Assembly (NCBI GenBank): GCA_040768745.1
Contig: JAXGMI010000002.1
Coordinates: 320,001 to 384,000 of the forward strand
Source: Desulfomicrobium sp.
Lineage (GTDB): Bacteria > Desulfobacterota > Desulfovibrionia > Desulfovibrionales > Desulfomicrobiaceae
Length of the DNA stretch: 64,000 bases
Direction: 5' to 3'
Shown here: piece after piece, positions 30,290 to 40,524 of the stretch
How the letters are laid out: the number at the start of each line of letters is the position of its first letter
Position numbering within the stretch: the stretch's first letter is position 1
Notes under the pieces: generated by a model
What the model saw: the letters and a program-made list of their open reading frames with translations, nothing else
Database searches by the model: none
Told to the model about the DNA's origin: nothing
Made by a program: the position numbers and the translations under genes

Positions 30290-31413
30290 AAGCTGTCCTG
30301 CAGACCCATTACGCGGCCGGTCTGGGACGCGCCCTCCTGCCGATCGACAGCCGTGAAGGCCAGAACGTGCGCATGCTGGGCGAGGAATGCCTGGATTTCT
30401 CGTCCAACGACTTTCTCGGCCTGGCCCAGGACAGGCAGGCCGCCCGGGAACTGGCCAAGCTCTCCCAAACCTCTGGCTGCGGGTCGGGATCTTCCCGCTC
30501 GGTGACCGGCACACGCCGATCCACGCTGGACGCCGAGAACGCCTTGGCAGCGTATTTCGGCTACGAATCATGCCTGATCCTGGGCAGCGGCTTTTTGGCC
30601 AATCTGACCCTCATCTCCACCCTTTTCGGAGACAATGACACCCTGATTCTGGACAAGCGGGCCCACACAAGCACTGTGGCCGGCGTCCTGCACTGCCGGG
30701 CCAGATTCCACACGTTCCAGCACAACTCCTTGGATCACCTGGAAAAGGTGCTGCATGCCCACCCGGCCGAGGCCGTGCTGACCGAGTCCCTGTTCAGCAT
30801 GGATGCAGACAGCCCCGACTTTTTTTGCATGGAAAAACTCAAGCAAAAGTTTAATTTTCTATGCATCGTCGATGAAGCACATGCCTTGGGGGTGCTGGGG
30901 GAAGGAGGGCGCGGGCTGGCGCATAACGTGGCCGACATGACCGTGGGCACCCTGGGCAAGGCCTTCGGGCTGTTTGGTGCTTTTCTGCTCATTCCCGAGA
31001 TCGTGCGGGAATATCTGATCAATTTCGGCCAAGGGTTCATCTACACCACAGCCCTCCCACCCTGGCACGGGGACATGGTCCTGGCCATGCTGCAGAGGAT
31101 CAGCCAGGCAGACGATCGCAGGGACCATCTGCGCCGTCTGGCATCCACCGCCAGAACCCTTTTGAGGGATGCTGGTTTGGCCGTGCGGGGCCAGGCCCAT
31201 ATTCTGGCGATTGAGGTCGGCGATGCTGCACGTTGCCAGCTCCTGGCTCAGGCCCTGCGCCGGTGCGGCATCCTGGTTTTCGCTGCCCGCTATCCGACCG
31301 TTCCGTTGGGGCGGGCCATGCTCCGTATCTGCCTGACCAGTAGGCACACGGAAAACGACATCCGCAGCCTGCGCGACGCCCTGATAAACGTCCAGGATGC
31401 GATGAGACCATGA
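30256..31413 (+). CDS. bioF: 8-amino-7-oxononanoate synthase
   Basis: DFSSNDFLGL, GSGSSR, ESLFSMD, VDEAHALG, GTLGKAFG, PTVP.G...LRI. Confidence 0.92.
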   Translation: MPDRHHILDRLKAVLQTHYAAGLGRALLPIDSREGQNVRMLGEECLDFSSNDFLGLAQDRQAARELAKLSQTSGCGSGSSRSVTGTRRSTLDAENALAAYFGYESCLILGSGFLANLTLISTLFGDNDTLILDKRAHTSTVAGVLHCRARFHTFQHNSLDHLEKVLHAHPAEAVLTESLFSMDADSPDFFCMEKLKQKFNFLCIVDEAHALGVLGEGGRGLAHNVADMTVGTLGKAFGLFGAFLLIPEIVREYLINFGQGFIYTTALPPWHGDMVLAMLQRISQADDRRDHLRRLASTARTLLRDAGLAVRGQAHILAIEVGDAARCQLLAQALRRCGILVFAARYPTVPLGRAMLRICLTSRHTENDIRSLRDALINVQDAMRP

Positions 31414-32096
31414 TGAAATCCAAAATACTTTTCGTCACCGGCACGGACACGGCCGTGGGCAAGACCATGGTCAGCCTGCTGGTCATGCGCGCCCTGGCCG
31501 GACACGACGCCGTCTACCTCAAACCTGTGCAGACCGGCTGCATGGACCCGAACAGCGATTCGGACCCCGCCTTCCTGCACCGCCACCTGCCGCACGGCCT
31601 GCCGCATGGTATGACCCCGGCCGATTGCATCCACCTTTGCCGCATCCAGCCCAAGGCCCCGCTCTTCGCGGGAGAATCTGCAGATCGGCAAGCCCTCATC
31701 TCCTTCGTGGCTGCACATGCCGCTCTCCACCAGACCGTCGTGGTCGAAGGCGCTGGAGGGATCCTGGTGCCCATCACCCGGCAGTGGGCCATGCTCGACC
31801 TGGCCAGGGATATCGAGGCCCAGATTCTGGTCGTGGCCCGAGCCGGTCTTGGTACAATCAATCATACCCTCCTTACCCTCGGGGCCATCAAGGCACGGTC
31901 CTGCCCCTGCCTGGGCGTCATCTTCGTCGATCCCACCGACGCTGTCCCCGAACTGGATCGCGCCGAAAACGCCCAGGCCATCACCCTTGCTTCGGACATC
32001 CCAGTTTGGGGAGTCATCGGACGCCAGGATCCGGGCAATCCGTCTGCGGCGATCTTGGATATGCTGTGCATGGCCTTGAACCCATTCCTCAACTGA
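31410..32096 (+). CDS. bioD: Dethiobiotin synthetase
   Basis: FVTGTDTAVGKT, KPVQTG, VEGAGG, LGTINHTLL. Confidence 0.95.
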   Translation: MMKSKILFVTGTDTAVGKTMVSLLVMRALAGHDAVYLKPVQTGCMDPNSDSDPAFLHRHLPHGLPHGMTPADCIHLCRIQPKAPLFAGESADRQALISFVAAHAALHQTVVVEGAGGILVPITRQWAMLDLARDIEAQILVVARAGLGTINHTLLTLGAIKARSCPCLGVIFVDPTDAVPELDRAENAQAITLASDIPVWGVIGRQDPGNPSAAILDMLCMALNPFLN

Positions 32097-32352
32097 CCTT
32101 CAACATGAAAGCCTGACAACGTGGCCCGCGTCTGCATGGGTGTGCACATGCTGCCAAGGACCATGAGGAGACTGGACTCCGTCATCGCACCAGCCCATAT
32201 TATCCATCCTGTTCACAGGCTTTCTTGACCATGCCCGGGCACACGTTTACGGGATTGCAGCTTTGGAGTCTGTCCAGATGCGGCAGACCGAACGCAGTAG
32301 TGCATGGCCGGCCCGAGATCTTCCAACACACCACATTCCACGGAGACATTTC

Positions 32353-33654
32353 ATGAGCAGGAAAATCATTCAGGTCGAGGAGAAGGTTCCCTTTCTCCAG
32401 GGCATTCCCCTCAGTTTCCAGCATCTTTTCGCCATGTTCGGGGCTTCCATCCTGGTCCCGACACTGTTCAAAATCGACCCGGCCATCGTGCTGCTCATGA
32501 ACGGCATCGGCACCCTCATTTACCTCCTGCTCTGCAAAGGGAAGGCCCCCGCGTTCCTGGGATCGAGCTTCGCCTTTCTTTCCCCTGTCTTTGTGGTTCT
32601 CGGATCTGAACAGGCCATGTGGGGGGCGAACTATTCCTATGCCCTGGGAGGGTTCATCGCTTCTGGCCTCATTTTCTGTACCGTGGCGCTCATCATCGGC
32701 AAGTTCGGATCGGACTGGATCCAGATCGTTCTACCCCCAGCCACCATGGGTCCCATCGTAGCCCTCATCGGCCTGGAACTGGCCGGCGTGGCCACAGGCA
32801 TGGCTGGAATCATGCCTGACAAGAGCGGGGCCTACGACTTCAACGCCATCGTCGTGTCCATGGCCACGCTGCTGGTGGTTGCCTTCGGATCCGTCGTCTT
32901 CAGGGGCTTCATGGCCGTCATCCCGGTCCTGATCGCCATCATCGTCGGATACGGGCTGTCCATTGCCATGGGCATGGTCAATTTTGACCCCATTTCCAGC
33001 GCGGCTGTCGTGACCATGCCGACCTTCTATGCACCAAAATTCGACATCAACGCCGTGCTGGTCATCATTCCGGCTTCCCTGGTGGTCATTTCCGAACACA
33101 TCGGGCATCTTGTGGTCACCGGCAATATTGTCGGAAGGGAACTGACCAGGGATCCTGGCCTGCACCGCTCCCTCCTGGGCGATGGCATCTCCACCACCCT
33201 GTCTGGATTCTGTGGCTCCGTGCCCGTGACGACCTACGGTGAAAACATCGGCGTCATGGCCATCACCCGCGTTTATTCCGTGTGGGTCATTGGCGGGGCC
33301 GCCGTCATTTCCATCTGCCTGGCATTCATCGGCAAGCTCTCTGCCTTCATCCAGTCCATCCCCACCCCGGTCATGGGTGGGATCTGCATTCTGCTCTTCG
33401 GGGTCATCGCCGCCTCGGGCATTCGCATGCTGGTGGAATCCAGGGTCGATTACTCCAAACCCGCCAATCTGATTCTGACCGCAGTGGTCCTCATTGTCGG
33501 GTTGAGCGGCACGGCCGTGAACATTGGCACGGTCCAGTTGAAGGGCATGGCCTTGGGCACCGTGGTCGGCATGGCGCTGTCTTTCATCTTCCATGTGCTT
33601 GACATCGCCGGTCTGACCAACCAGCCCGGTGAGGGAGAAACGGTCAAGTCCTGA
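32353..33654 (+). CDS. uraA: Uracil permease (NCS2 family)
   Basis: QHLFAMFGA, FLGSSFAF, EHIGH, TTYGENIGV. Confidence 0.92.
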   Translation: MSRKIIQVEEKVPFLQGIPLSFQHLFAMFGASILVPTLFKIDPAIVLLMNGIGTLIYLLLCKGKAPAFLGSSFAFLSPVFVVLGSEQAMWGANYSYALGGFIASGLIFCTVALIIGKFGSDWIQIVLPPATMGPIVALIGLELAGVATGMAGIMPDKSGAYDFNAIVVSMATLLVVAFGSVVFRGFMAVIPVLIAIIVGYGLSIAMGMVNFDPISSAAVVTMPTFYAPKFDINAVLVIIPASLVVISEHIGHLVVTGNIVGRELTRDPGLHRSLLGDGISTTLSGFCGSVPVTTYGENIGVMAITRVYSVWVIGGAAVISICLAFIGKLSAFIQSIPTPVMGGICILLFGVIAASGIRMLVESRVDYSKPANLILTAVVLIVGLSGTAVNIGTVQLKGMALGTVVGMALSFIFHVLDIAGLTNQPGEGETVKS

Positions 33655-33818
33655 CAGCAGGAATGATGGATGGTTTTGTGCTGGCCAGGCTTTCAATTCC
33701 GGTGATCTGCCGGGTTTGGTCACATAAGTTCGGGGCCGAGGCATGGGCGGACGTTCTTTGCATTCCTCAGGTGCGGGGAGTGCTGCAGGAAAGCGACCAT
33801 GCCCCGGCAAAAAGCCGC

Positions 33819-33852
33819 AAAAAAAAGGCCTGCGGATATACATCCGCAGGCC
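33819..33852 (-). terminator. Intrinsic terminator of the hdr-flx-rbr operon
   Basis: GGCCTGCGGAT-atac-ATCCGCAGGCC 11-bp perfect stem followed by T8 on the minus strand. Confidence 0.8.
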
Positions 33853-33876
33853 CGGCAAGGAGGGACTCAACGTTCG

Positions 33877-34353
33877 TTATTTCCGGAGCATGCTCGCCAA
33901 AAGGCGCAGGTGGGAACGCTCCTCGTCGATGCAGGCTTTGATGTATTTCTTTTCCCCTGCAGGCACGAACTCATGCATTTCTACAAAGAAGAGGATGGTG
34001 TCCTTCTCGAAGCCCATGGCCGTCGCGATGGCCTCTTCAGGAGTGCCCATGAACTGCTTGAGGTGCTCCACATCCCCCAGGCGGAAAAGGGTATGGGAGT
34101 CGAGCAGGAACTTGAGATAGTCCACATACTCGTCCTCTTCGGCCCAGGCCGGAAGTTCCACCTCTCCCAACCGCTCGTAGAGCTTGCGGAAGATCTCGCG
34201 GTGTTTGGTCTCTTCACCTGCCAGGAAGCTGAACATGTCTCTGAGCTGCTTGTCCGCGGTGGTGTCCACCAAACGGTGGTAAAACACCTCGCCGCGGGTT
34301 TCTATTTCCTGAGCGGCCAGGAGGATGTCCGTCGCCTTGAATATGCCTGCCAT
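33877..34353 (-). CDS. Rubrerythrin/ferritin-like di-iron protein
   Basis: E..GE.FY, LAGEETKH, EKDTILFF, IDEERSH (two ExxH motifs); GGAGG SD. Confidence 0.88.
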   Translation of the reverse strand: MAGIFKATDILLAAQEIETRGEVFYHRLVDTTADKQLRDMFSFLAGEETKHREIFRKLYERLGEVELPAWAEEDEYVDYLKFLLDSHTLFRLGDVEHLKQFMGTPEEAIATAMGFEKDTILFFVEMHEFVPAGEKKYIKACIDEERSHLRLLASMLRK

Positions 34354-34361
34354 AAAACCTC

Positions 34362-35192
34362 CTATAGTTCCGAGGGCAGCTCTTTGAGCTGTGCGTAGGT
34401 GAAGACAGGGCCGTCGATGCACACGTATTTCGTGCCGATGTTGCACCTGCCGCAGATGCCCACCCCGCACTTCATGCGCTTTTCCAGGGTAGTGATGATG
34501 TTTTCATCCGCAAAGCCCAACTTCTTCAGGGCCTGCAGTGTGAATTTGATCATGATGGGCGGACCGCAGGTGATGGCCACGGTGTTCGCAGGACTGGGGT
34601 TGATCTCGAGCAAAACATTGGGAATGAGGCCGACCTTGTGTTCCCAGCCCTCGGCAGGGTTGTCGATGGTGAGGACCACGTTGACGTCCTTGCGACTGGT
34701 CCATTCGGGCAGTTCGGCCTTGTAGGTCAGGTCTGCGGGGCTGCGCGCGCCATACAGCAGCGTGATATCCCCGAAATCCTTGCGGTTGTCCAGCATGTAC
34801 ACGAACAAGGTCCTCAGGGGCGCCATGCCGATGCCGCCGCCCACAAAAACAATGTTCTTGCCCTTCAGGTCTTCGAGAGGGAAGGAATTGCCCAGAGGGG
34901 CGCGCACGCCGATCTGGTCCCCCGGCTGGAGCTGGTGCAGTCGCGTCGTCACCTCGCCCACGCGCATGACGCTGAACTGCAGATAGTCCTTGCGGGTCGG
35001 CGAAGAATTGATGACAAAGGTCGACTCGCCCACGCCGAAGACCGAGAGCTGCCCGACCTGTCCTGGACGGAAGGTGAAGTCCTTCATGCGCTGCTCGTTG
35101 TTGAGCACCACCCGGAAGGTTTTGATATTGTGCGTCTCCTGGATCACCTCGACAATGGTGGCCATGTCCGGGAGATAGGGATTGGCGTTCAT
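34362..35192 (-). CDS. flxA: FlxA: FAD/NAD(H)-binding oxidoreductase subunit with [2Fe-2S]
   Basis: FRPGQ, RAPLGN, GGGIGMAP, CGPPIM, MKCGVGICGRC...C.DGPVF; position in the hdr-flx cluster. Confidence 0.88.
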   Translation of the reverse strand: MNANPYLPDMATIVEVIQETHNIKTFRVVLNNEQRMKDFTFRPGQVGQLSVFGVGESTFVINSSPTRKDYLQFSVMRVGEVTTRLHQLQPGDQIGVRAPLGNSFPLEDLKGKNIVFVGGGIGMAPLRTLFVYMLDNRKDFGDITLLYGARSPADLTYKAELPEWTSRKDVNVVLTIDNPAEGWEHKVGLIPNVLLEINPSPANTVAITCGPPIMIKFTLQALKKLGFADENIITTLEKRMKCGVGICGRCNIGTKYVCIDGPVFTYAQLKELPSEL

Positions 35193-36217
35193 TCGGAGTA
35201 CTCCTGTGCTGCGTTCACGATCTGCCGGATATCCACTCCGGCGGGGCACTGCTTGATGCACCGTCCACATCCGCAGCAGGCGATGACGCCCTTGTGCAGA
35301 TCCGGGTAGTAGCTGAATTTGTGTCCAACCCGGTTTTTCAGCCGATGGGCTTTGGTGGAACGGGGGTTGTGGCCGCTGCCTTCCAGGGTGAATGTGTGGG
35401 ACATGCAGTTGTCCCAGGTCCGGATGCGCCGGCTGTTCAGCCCCAGGTCGTCGTCAGTGATGTTGAAGCAATAGCAGGTCGGACACATATAGGTGCAGGC
35501 CCCGCAGGAGATGCACTTGGCTGACTGCGCCTGCCAGAAGTCCATGTCGTCGAACCTGGCCAGCAGCTTGGCCGGCGCCGAGGTGTAGTCATGGGCCTCG
35601 CCCATCAGTTCCCTGGCTTCTGCGTTTTTGGCGTCAGCCTCTTTGCCTTTGTCCCCCGCGTCCTCGAACAGGGCCAGTTTCATGATCTCATCGCCGGCCG
35701 GCGTCACCGAGCGGGCCACATATCCATCCCCCACCAGGGTCAGGAGAATATCCGAACCGGCAGTGTCGGCCGGGCCGCTGCCCACGCTGTGGCAGAAGCA
35801 GGTCGTCTCGGGCCGGTCACAGGCCAGGGAGATGAAGACCGTGTTGTCCCGGCGGGAAATGAAGTACGGATCCTTGATCTTGTCCGTTTCGTACACCGGA
35901 TTGAAGATCAGTTTTCCCCTCGCCCCGCAGGGACGGCAGCCGATGACGACGCTCTTGCCCTGGGGCAGGGTTTCGACGAGTTCGGGTTTCTTTTCCGTGG
36001 CGTCGCGCTTGACCACCAGCAGGGTTTCGGTCTGGGGGAATGTCGCGGCCTTGGGGGACACGGCGGCCATGCGCGAATGCAAGTCCATGGTCATACCCGG
36101 CTGAAAACGACGAAAGGTCACGCTGCCACAGCTGGACACGGGTGCCAGCACGCGACAGGTTTTAGCCAGGTCTTCGGCCAGACGGGTCAGGTTTTGTTTC
36201 GTGATATAGCGTTCCAT
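35189..36217 (-). CDS. flxB: FlxB: AsrA-like 4Fe-4S dicluster subunit
   Basis: CFCHS, CISCGACTYMCPTCYCF, CCGCGRCIKQCP. Confidence 0.85.
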   Translation of the reverse strand: MERYITKQNLTRLAEDLAKTCRVLAPVSSCGSVTFRRFQPGMTMDLHSRMAAVSPKAATFPQTETLLVVKRDATEKKPELVETLPQGKSVVIGCRPCGARGKLIFNPVYETDKIKDPYFISRRDNTVFISLACDRPETTCFCHSVGSGPADTAGSDILLTLVGDGYVARSVTPAGDEIMKLALFEDAGDKGKEADAKNAEARELMGEAHDYTSAPAKLLARFDDMDFWQAQSAKCISCGACTYMCPTCYCFNITDDDLGLNSRRIRTWDNCMSHTFTLEGSGHNPRSTKAHRLKNRVGHKFSYYPDLHKGVIACCGCGRCIKQCPAGVDIRQIVNAAQEYSE

Positions 36218-37173
36218 TACCAGCCTCGCTCGTGAATGCGCTCTTCCTCGACCTTGAAGGTGAAGAGCGGCGGTGTCTGATCCAGGGCTGTTCCGGCCTG
36301 ATGCTCGAACACGTCCTTGACCTGCTTGTTCATGTAGCGACGCAGAAGCATGAGCGGGATGTCCACAGGGCAGGCCCGTTCACATTCCCCGCATTCGGTG
36401 CACCGTCCTGCCAGATGGGAGACGTGCACCATCTGGAACATCATGTTCTCCGCCGGGGAATTATCCTGGCTGAGCCACAACGGATCTCGGCTGGTGGCGA
36501 TACAGTAGTCGCGGCAGACGCACATGGGGCAGGCGTTGCGGCAGGCATAGCAGCGGATGCAGCGGCTCATGGTCTCCTGCCAGAAGGCCAGCTTCTCGGC
36601 ATCGGACTTGGCCTCGAACTCCTCCTGGCAGGCCAGGCTGTTCGCACCAGCGGGATTCTGCTTGGTGCCGATCAGAACGTCGGCGATGATGGCATTGGGA
36701 TGCTGACACACGCGGCACTTGTCTGCCAGAACATCGCTCTTTTTCAGGGTTACGGTCTGGCCGGCCACAGTGATTTTGAGCTCATCGGTGCCGATGGTCA
36801 CAGATTCGACAAAGCCGGGATCAGCGGGCAGCGCCGCCCGGATCTTAGGCTGGCTGACCACGCCGTCGCAACACAGTCCGAAAACAACGATATCGTCGCG
36901 ATTGACCAGGTTTTCGTTCACGAGTTCGATCACGCTGCGGCTGTCGCAGCCCTTGACTACCACGCCTATTTTTTTGCCCTTGTAGGCGGTCAGGTAGGTT
37001 GCCAGGTTGTGCACAGCCAGAGGGCCTATGACCAGCCGGTCAAGATCGGCCTCGGTGCGGATGAAGAGCGGCGTGGCATGCAACGCATCGTAGCCCTGCT
37101 CCCAGCCAATGACACACTCCAGCTCGCCCAGGCGATCTTTGATGGCTGATTTGAGATCATCCAATTGGGACAT
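36217..37173 (-). CDS. flxC: FlxC: 4Fe-4S subunit
   Basis: KGCDSRS, CIRCYACRNACPMCVC, HLAGRCTECGECERACP. Confidence 0.85.
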   Translation of the reverse strand: MSQLDDLKSAIKDRLGELECVIGWEQGYDALHATPLFIRTEADLDRLVIGPLAVHNLATYLTAYKGKKIGVVVKGCDSRSVIELVNENLVNRDDIVVFGLCCDGVVSQPKIRAALPADPGFVESVTIGTDELKITVAGQTVTLKKSDVLADKCRVCQHPNAIIADVLIGTKQNPAGANSLACQEEFEAKSDAEKLAFWQETMSRCIRCYACRNACPMCVCRDYCIATSRDPLWLSQDNSPAENMMFQMVHVSHLAGRCTECGECERACPVDIPLMLLRRYMNKQVKDVFEHQAGTALDQTPPLFTFKVEEERIHERGW

Positions 37174-37188
37174 ATGTACTCCTTTGAT

Positions 37189-37680
37189 CTATCCGTGACA
37201 GGGGCATCCCTGCCCCTGGGCCGCCTGCAGGGCCAGGGCGTTCCAGTCCACCTCGGACATCGGATTGAAGCTCGGTGCGGGTCCGAGCTCATGGATGCGG
37301 TGGGTGAATTCCGTGACCACATGCTGCCAGCGCTGTCCTTCCGAGGCAGAAACCCAGGTGTATTCGAAACGCCGGGCATCGATCCCCGTGACGGGCAGAA
37401 AACGCTTCAGAAGCTCCAGCCGGCGCCGGGCATAGAAATTGCCCTCGGCGTAATGGCAGTCGCGGGGATGGCAACCCGAGACCAGCACCCCATCGGCACC
37501 GTTCAACAGGGAGCGGACGATGAAAAGTGGGTCGATGCGGCCCGAACAGGGCACGCGGATGATGCGCAGGTCCGTGGGCTGGGTGAACCGCCCCACTCCC
37601 GCCGTGTCCGCGCCGCCATAGGAGCACCAGTTACAGAGAAAGCCAACTATTCGAAGTTCGCGAATATCTTGGGCGGGCAT
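37189..37680 (-). CDS. flxD: FlxD: MvhD-like [2Fe-2S] subunit
   Basis: FLCNWCSY.GAD, RVPCSGR, GCHPRDCHY, WVSASEG. Confidence 0.9.
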   Translation of the reverse strand: MPAQDIRELRIVGFLCNWCSYGGADTAGVGRFTQPTDLRIIRVPCSGRIDPLFIVRSLLNGADGVLVSGCHPRDCHYAEGNFYARRRLELLKRFLPVTGIDARRFEYTWVSASEGQRWQHVVTEFTHRIHELGPAPSFNPMSEVDWNALALQAAQGQGCPCHG

Positions 37681-39629
37681 AAGGCGTTCACCTCCGCGAG
37701 GATCTGGTTATCTGTGAAATGTTCAAGCTGGATGGCCCCCTGCGGACAGGTCACGGTGCAGATGCCGCAGCCCTGGCAGACCGTGTCGATGACCTCGGCC
37801 TTGGGATTGCCAAAGCGGTCGGCCACAGCCTTGATGGCCCCAAAGGGGCAGGTCAGGATGCACTTGCCGCAACCCACGCAGCGGGCCGGGTTGACGCGGG
37901 ACACGGCCGGGTCGGACTCGAGCTCCTTCTTGGACAGAAGGCCCAGGACCTTGGATGCCGCGGCGCTGCCCTGACCCACAGAAGCCGGAATGTCCTTGGG
38001 ACCCTGGCAGGCTCCGGCCAGGAACACGCCGGCGGTGTTGGTTTCCACGGGCTTGAGCTTCGGATGGCTTTCCACGAAAAAACCATACTGGTCCGGGGCC
38101 ACACGCAGTTTCTCGCCCAACTGGACCGCGCCCTTGGCCGATTCGGCGCCCACAGCCAGGACCACCAGGTCGGCTGGCACCTCCACCTGGGTTCCGGCCA
38201 GGGTATCGGCCCCGCGCACGATGAGCTTGTCGCCCTTGGGGTAGATCATGGAAACGCGTCCGCGCACGTACTGTGCGCCATACTCTTCCATGGCTCGGCG
38301 GGTGAACTCGTCGTAGCCTTTTCCGGGGGAGCGGATGTCCATGTAAAAGACGTAAGACTGGGAATCCGGCACGTGATCCTTGGTCAGGATGGCCTGTTTG
38401 GCGGTGTACATGCAGCAGAAGCCCGAACAGTACGGCCGGCCCACGGACTTGTCGCGCGAGCCCACGCACTGGACAAAAACCACGGTTTTGGGTTCCTTCC
38501 CGTCAGATGGCCGTTTGATGTGCCCGCCTGTGGGGCCCGAGGCAGAGAGCAGGCGCTCGTATTGCAGGCTGGTGATGACATCCTTGTAGCGTCCCTCGCC
38601 GTACTGCGGATATTTGTGCCAATCGAAGAGGTCGTAGCCGGTGGCCACGACCACGGCACCGACGTCCACAGTGACAAGTTCGTCCTTCATCTCGAAGTCG
38701 ATGCACTTGACCGGGCAGACCTTGGCGCAGGCCCCGCATTTTCCCTTCTGCAACATGATGCAGGAGGCCGCGTTGATGGCCGCCTTCTTGGGGATGGCCT
38801 GCGGGAAGGGGATGTTGATGGACGGCGCGTTGCAGAGATTCTCGTTGAAGGGGTCCGGGTGCTTGCGGCTGGGGCACTTCTCGACGCACAGACCGCAGCC
38901 CGTGCACTTGCTCCAGTCCACGTAGGTCGCCTTCTTGCGGATGGTGACCTGGAAGTTGCCCACGTAGCCGCCCACGCTCTCCACCTCGGAGCAGGTGTAG
39001 AGGGTGATCTTGGGGTGCTGGGCAATGTCGACCATCTTGGGGCCGAGCACGCAGGACGAGCAGTCCACCGTGGGAAAGGTCTTATCCAACTTGGCCATCT
39101 TGCCGCCAATGCTCTGCTCGCGCTCGACCATGACGACTTCCTGCCCGCCGTCGGCGCAGTCCAGGGCTGCCTGGATGCCGGCCACGCCGCCGCCGATGAC
39201 CAGCACACGCTTGACGGTCTCGAAGCGCTTGGCCACCAGCGGCCTGTTGCGGCGCAGCTTTTCCACGGCCATGCGCACCAACTCGGAGGCCTTGACTGTG
39301 TTCTGTTCCTTGATCTTGCCGATCCAGGACACGTGCTCGCGGATGTTGGCCATCTCGAACATGTAGCGGTTCAGACCGGCCCTCTCCACGGCCCGACGGA
39401 AAGTGGGCTCGTGCATGCGCGGTGTGCAGGAGGCCACCACCACTCCATCGAGATTCTTGTCCTTGACCGCCTGAATGATGGCGTCCTGACCAGGTTCGGA
39501 GCAGGCGTACATCGTGTCCGTGGAGAAAACCACATCGGGGTACGTCAGGGCTGTGGCCGCGACACTTGGACAATCCACGGTTCCGGCTATGTTGCTGCCG
39601 CAGTGGCAGATGAAAACACCAATTCGCAT
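37647..39629 (-). CDS. hdrA: Heterodisulfide reductase subunit A
   Basis: RIGVFICHCGSNI, ASCTPRMHE, NIREH, GGGVAG, LDKTFPTVDC, QCVGSRD, GPKDIP, ferredoxin motifs. Confidence 0.96.
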   Translation of the reverse strand: MRIGVFICHCGSNIAGTVDCPSVAATALTYPDVVFSTDTMYACSEPGQDAIIQAVKDKNLDGVVVASCTPRMHEPTFRRAVERAGLNRYMFEMANIREHVSWIGKIKEQNTVKASELVRMAVEKLRRNRPLVAKRFETVKRVLVIGGGVAGIQAALDCADGGQEVVMVEREQSIGGKMAKLDKTFPTVDCSSCVLGPKMVDIAQHPKITLYTCSEVESVGGYVGNFQVTIRKKATYVDWSKCTGCGLCVEKCPSRKHPDPFNENLCNAPSINIPFPQAIPKKAAINAASCIMLQKGKCGACAKVCPVKCIDFEMKDELVTVDVGAVVVATGYDLFDWHKYPQYGEGRYKDVITSLQYERLLSASGPTGGHIKRPSDGKEPKTVVFVQCVGSRDKSVGRPYCSGFCCMYTAKQAILTKDHVPDSQSYVFYMDIRSPGKGYDEFTRRAMEEYGAQYVRGRVSMIYPKGDKLIVRGADTLAGTQVEVPADLVVLAVGAESAKGAVQLGEKLRVAPDQYGFFVESHPKLKPVETNTAGVFLAGACQGPKDIPASVGQGSAAASKVLGLLSKKELESDPAVSRVNPARCVGCGKCILTCPFGAIKAVADRFGNPKAEVIDTVCQGCGICTVTCPQGAIQLEHFTDNQILAEVNALCPPKIFANFE

Positions 39630-39639
39630 CGCGTCCTCC

Positions 39640-40524
39640 CTACCTGGCCTGCGCCGGTTGTTTGATTCTGCCCAGAGCCAGACGCGGATCCACGCAGAGC
39701 TTCTCGAATCCGAGTTCAGCGCGGTCCAGCCCCAGAGCATAGCCCAGAAGTTGGGTGTAATAGAAAACCGGGATCCTGAAATTTTCGTGCAGGGTGTCGT
39801 TGATCTGACCCTGACGCAGATCCAGATTCATCTGACAAAGGGGGCAGGCCGTGACGAAAGCGTCGGCGCCGAGCATGCGTCCGGCGTCCAGGAGCTTGCC
39901 CGAAAGCCGGGCCACGATGTCCCCCCGTGGAATGCCATAGGACGCGCCGCAGCATTCCACCTTGAGTGGAAAGGGAACGACTTCCGCACCCAGGGCAGCC
40001 ATCAGATTGTCCATGGCCATGGGGTTTTCGTGGTGGTCGAAACGCATCAATTCGGGCGGGCGGTTCATGATGCAGCCGTAGTAGCAGGCGATCTTGATGC
40101 CGGTCAGGGGTTTTACGACCTTGGATTGAATGAACTCGGGATCGATGTTTTCGGACAAGACCTGCAGCACGGACTGGGCGTCCACCCTTGCTTTGCACGG
40201 GGTGTCCAGCAGTGCATTGGCTTTGGTCCTGAAGGCAGGATCTTCCATCTTGTGCGCAGCGGTGCGCAGATTGGTCAGGCAGCTTGGACATGGCGTTGTC
40301 ACCTTGTCCATGCCCATCCCTTCCACCTGGGCCAGGTTGCGGGCCGACAAGGCGGCTGAAAGCACATGGTTGACCGTGTGCGCGGGGGTGGAACCACAGC
40401 AGCTCCAGTCTTCCACGTCCACCAATTCCAGGCCCAAGGTCCTGCAGACCGCGCGGGTGGAGCGATCGTATTCCGACGAAGTGCCCTGGCCGGAACAGCC
40501 CGGATAATAGGCGATCTTAAGCAT
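39640..40524 (-). CDS. hdrB: Heterodisulfide reductase subunit B
   Basis: YYPGC, WSCCG, PCPSC, YYGC, CCG, ACPLCQMNLD (two CCG domains). Confidence 0.94.
   Translation of the reverse strand: MLKIAYYPGCSGQGTSSEYDRSTRAVCRTLGLELVDVEDWSCCGSTPAHTVNHVLSAALSARNLAQVEGMGMDKVTTPCPSCLTNLRTAAHKMEDPAFRTKANALLDTPCKARVDAQSVLQVLSENIDPEFIQSKVVKPLTGIKIACYYGCIMNRPPELMRFDHHENPMAMDNLMAALGAEVVPFPLKVECCGASYGIPRGDIVARLSGKLLDAGRMLGADAFVTACPLCQMNLDLRQGQINDTLHENFRIPVFYYTQLLGYALGLDRAELGFEKLCVDPRLALGRIKQPAQAR

Noticed and set aside
32200..32352. PyrR attenuator upstream of uraA
   Set aside because: Only a faint resemblance (TGTCCAGATGCGGCAGAC); no terminator hairpin with a T-run
37719..39665. Long antisense ORFs (648 aa here; also 41485-43026, 44585-46033, 59223-60578 and others)
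   Set aside because: Shadow ORFs opposite well-supported genes, expected with high G/C at third codon positions; no recognisable motifs
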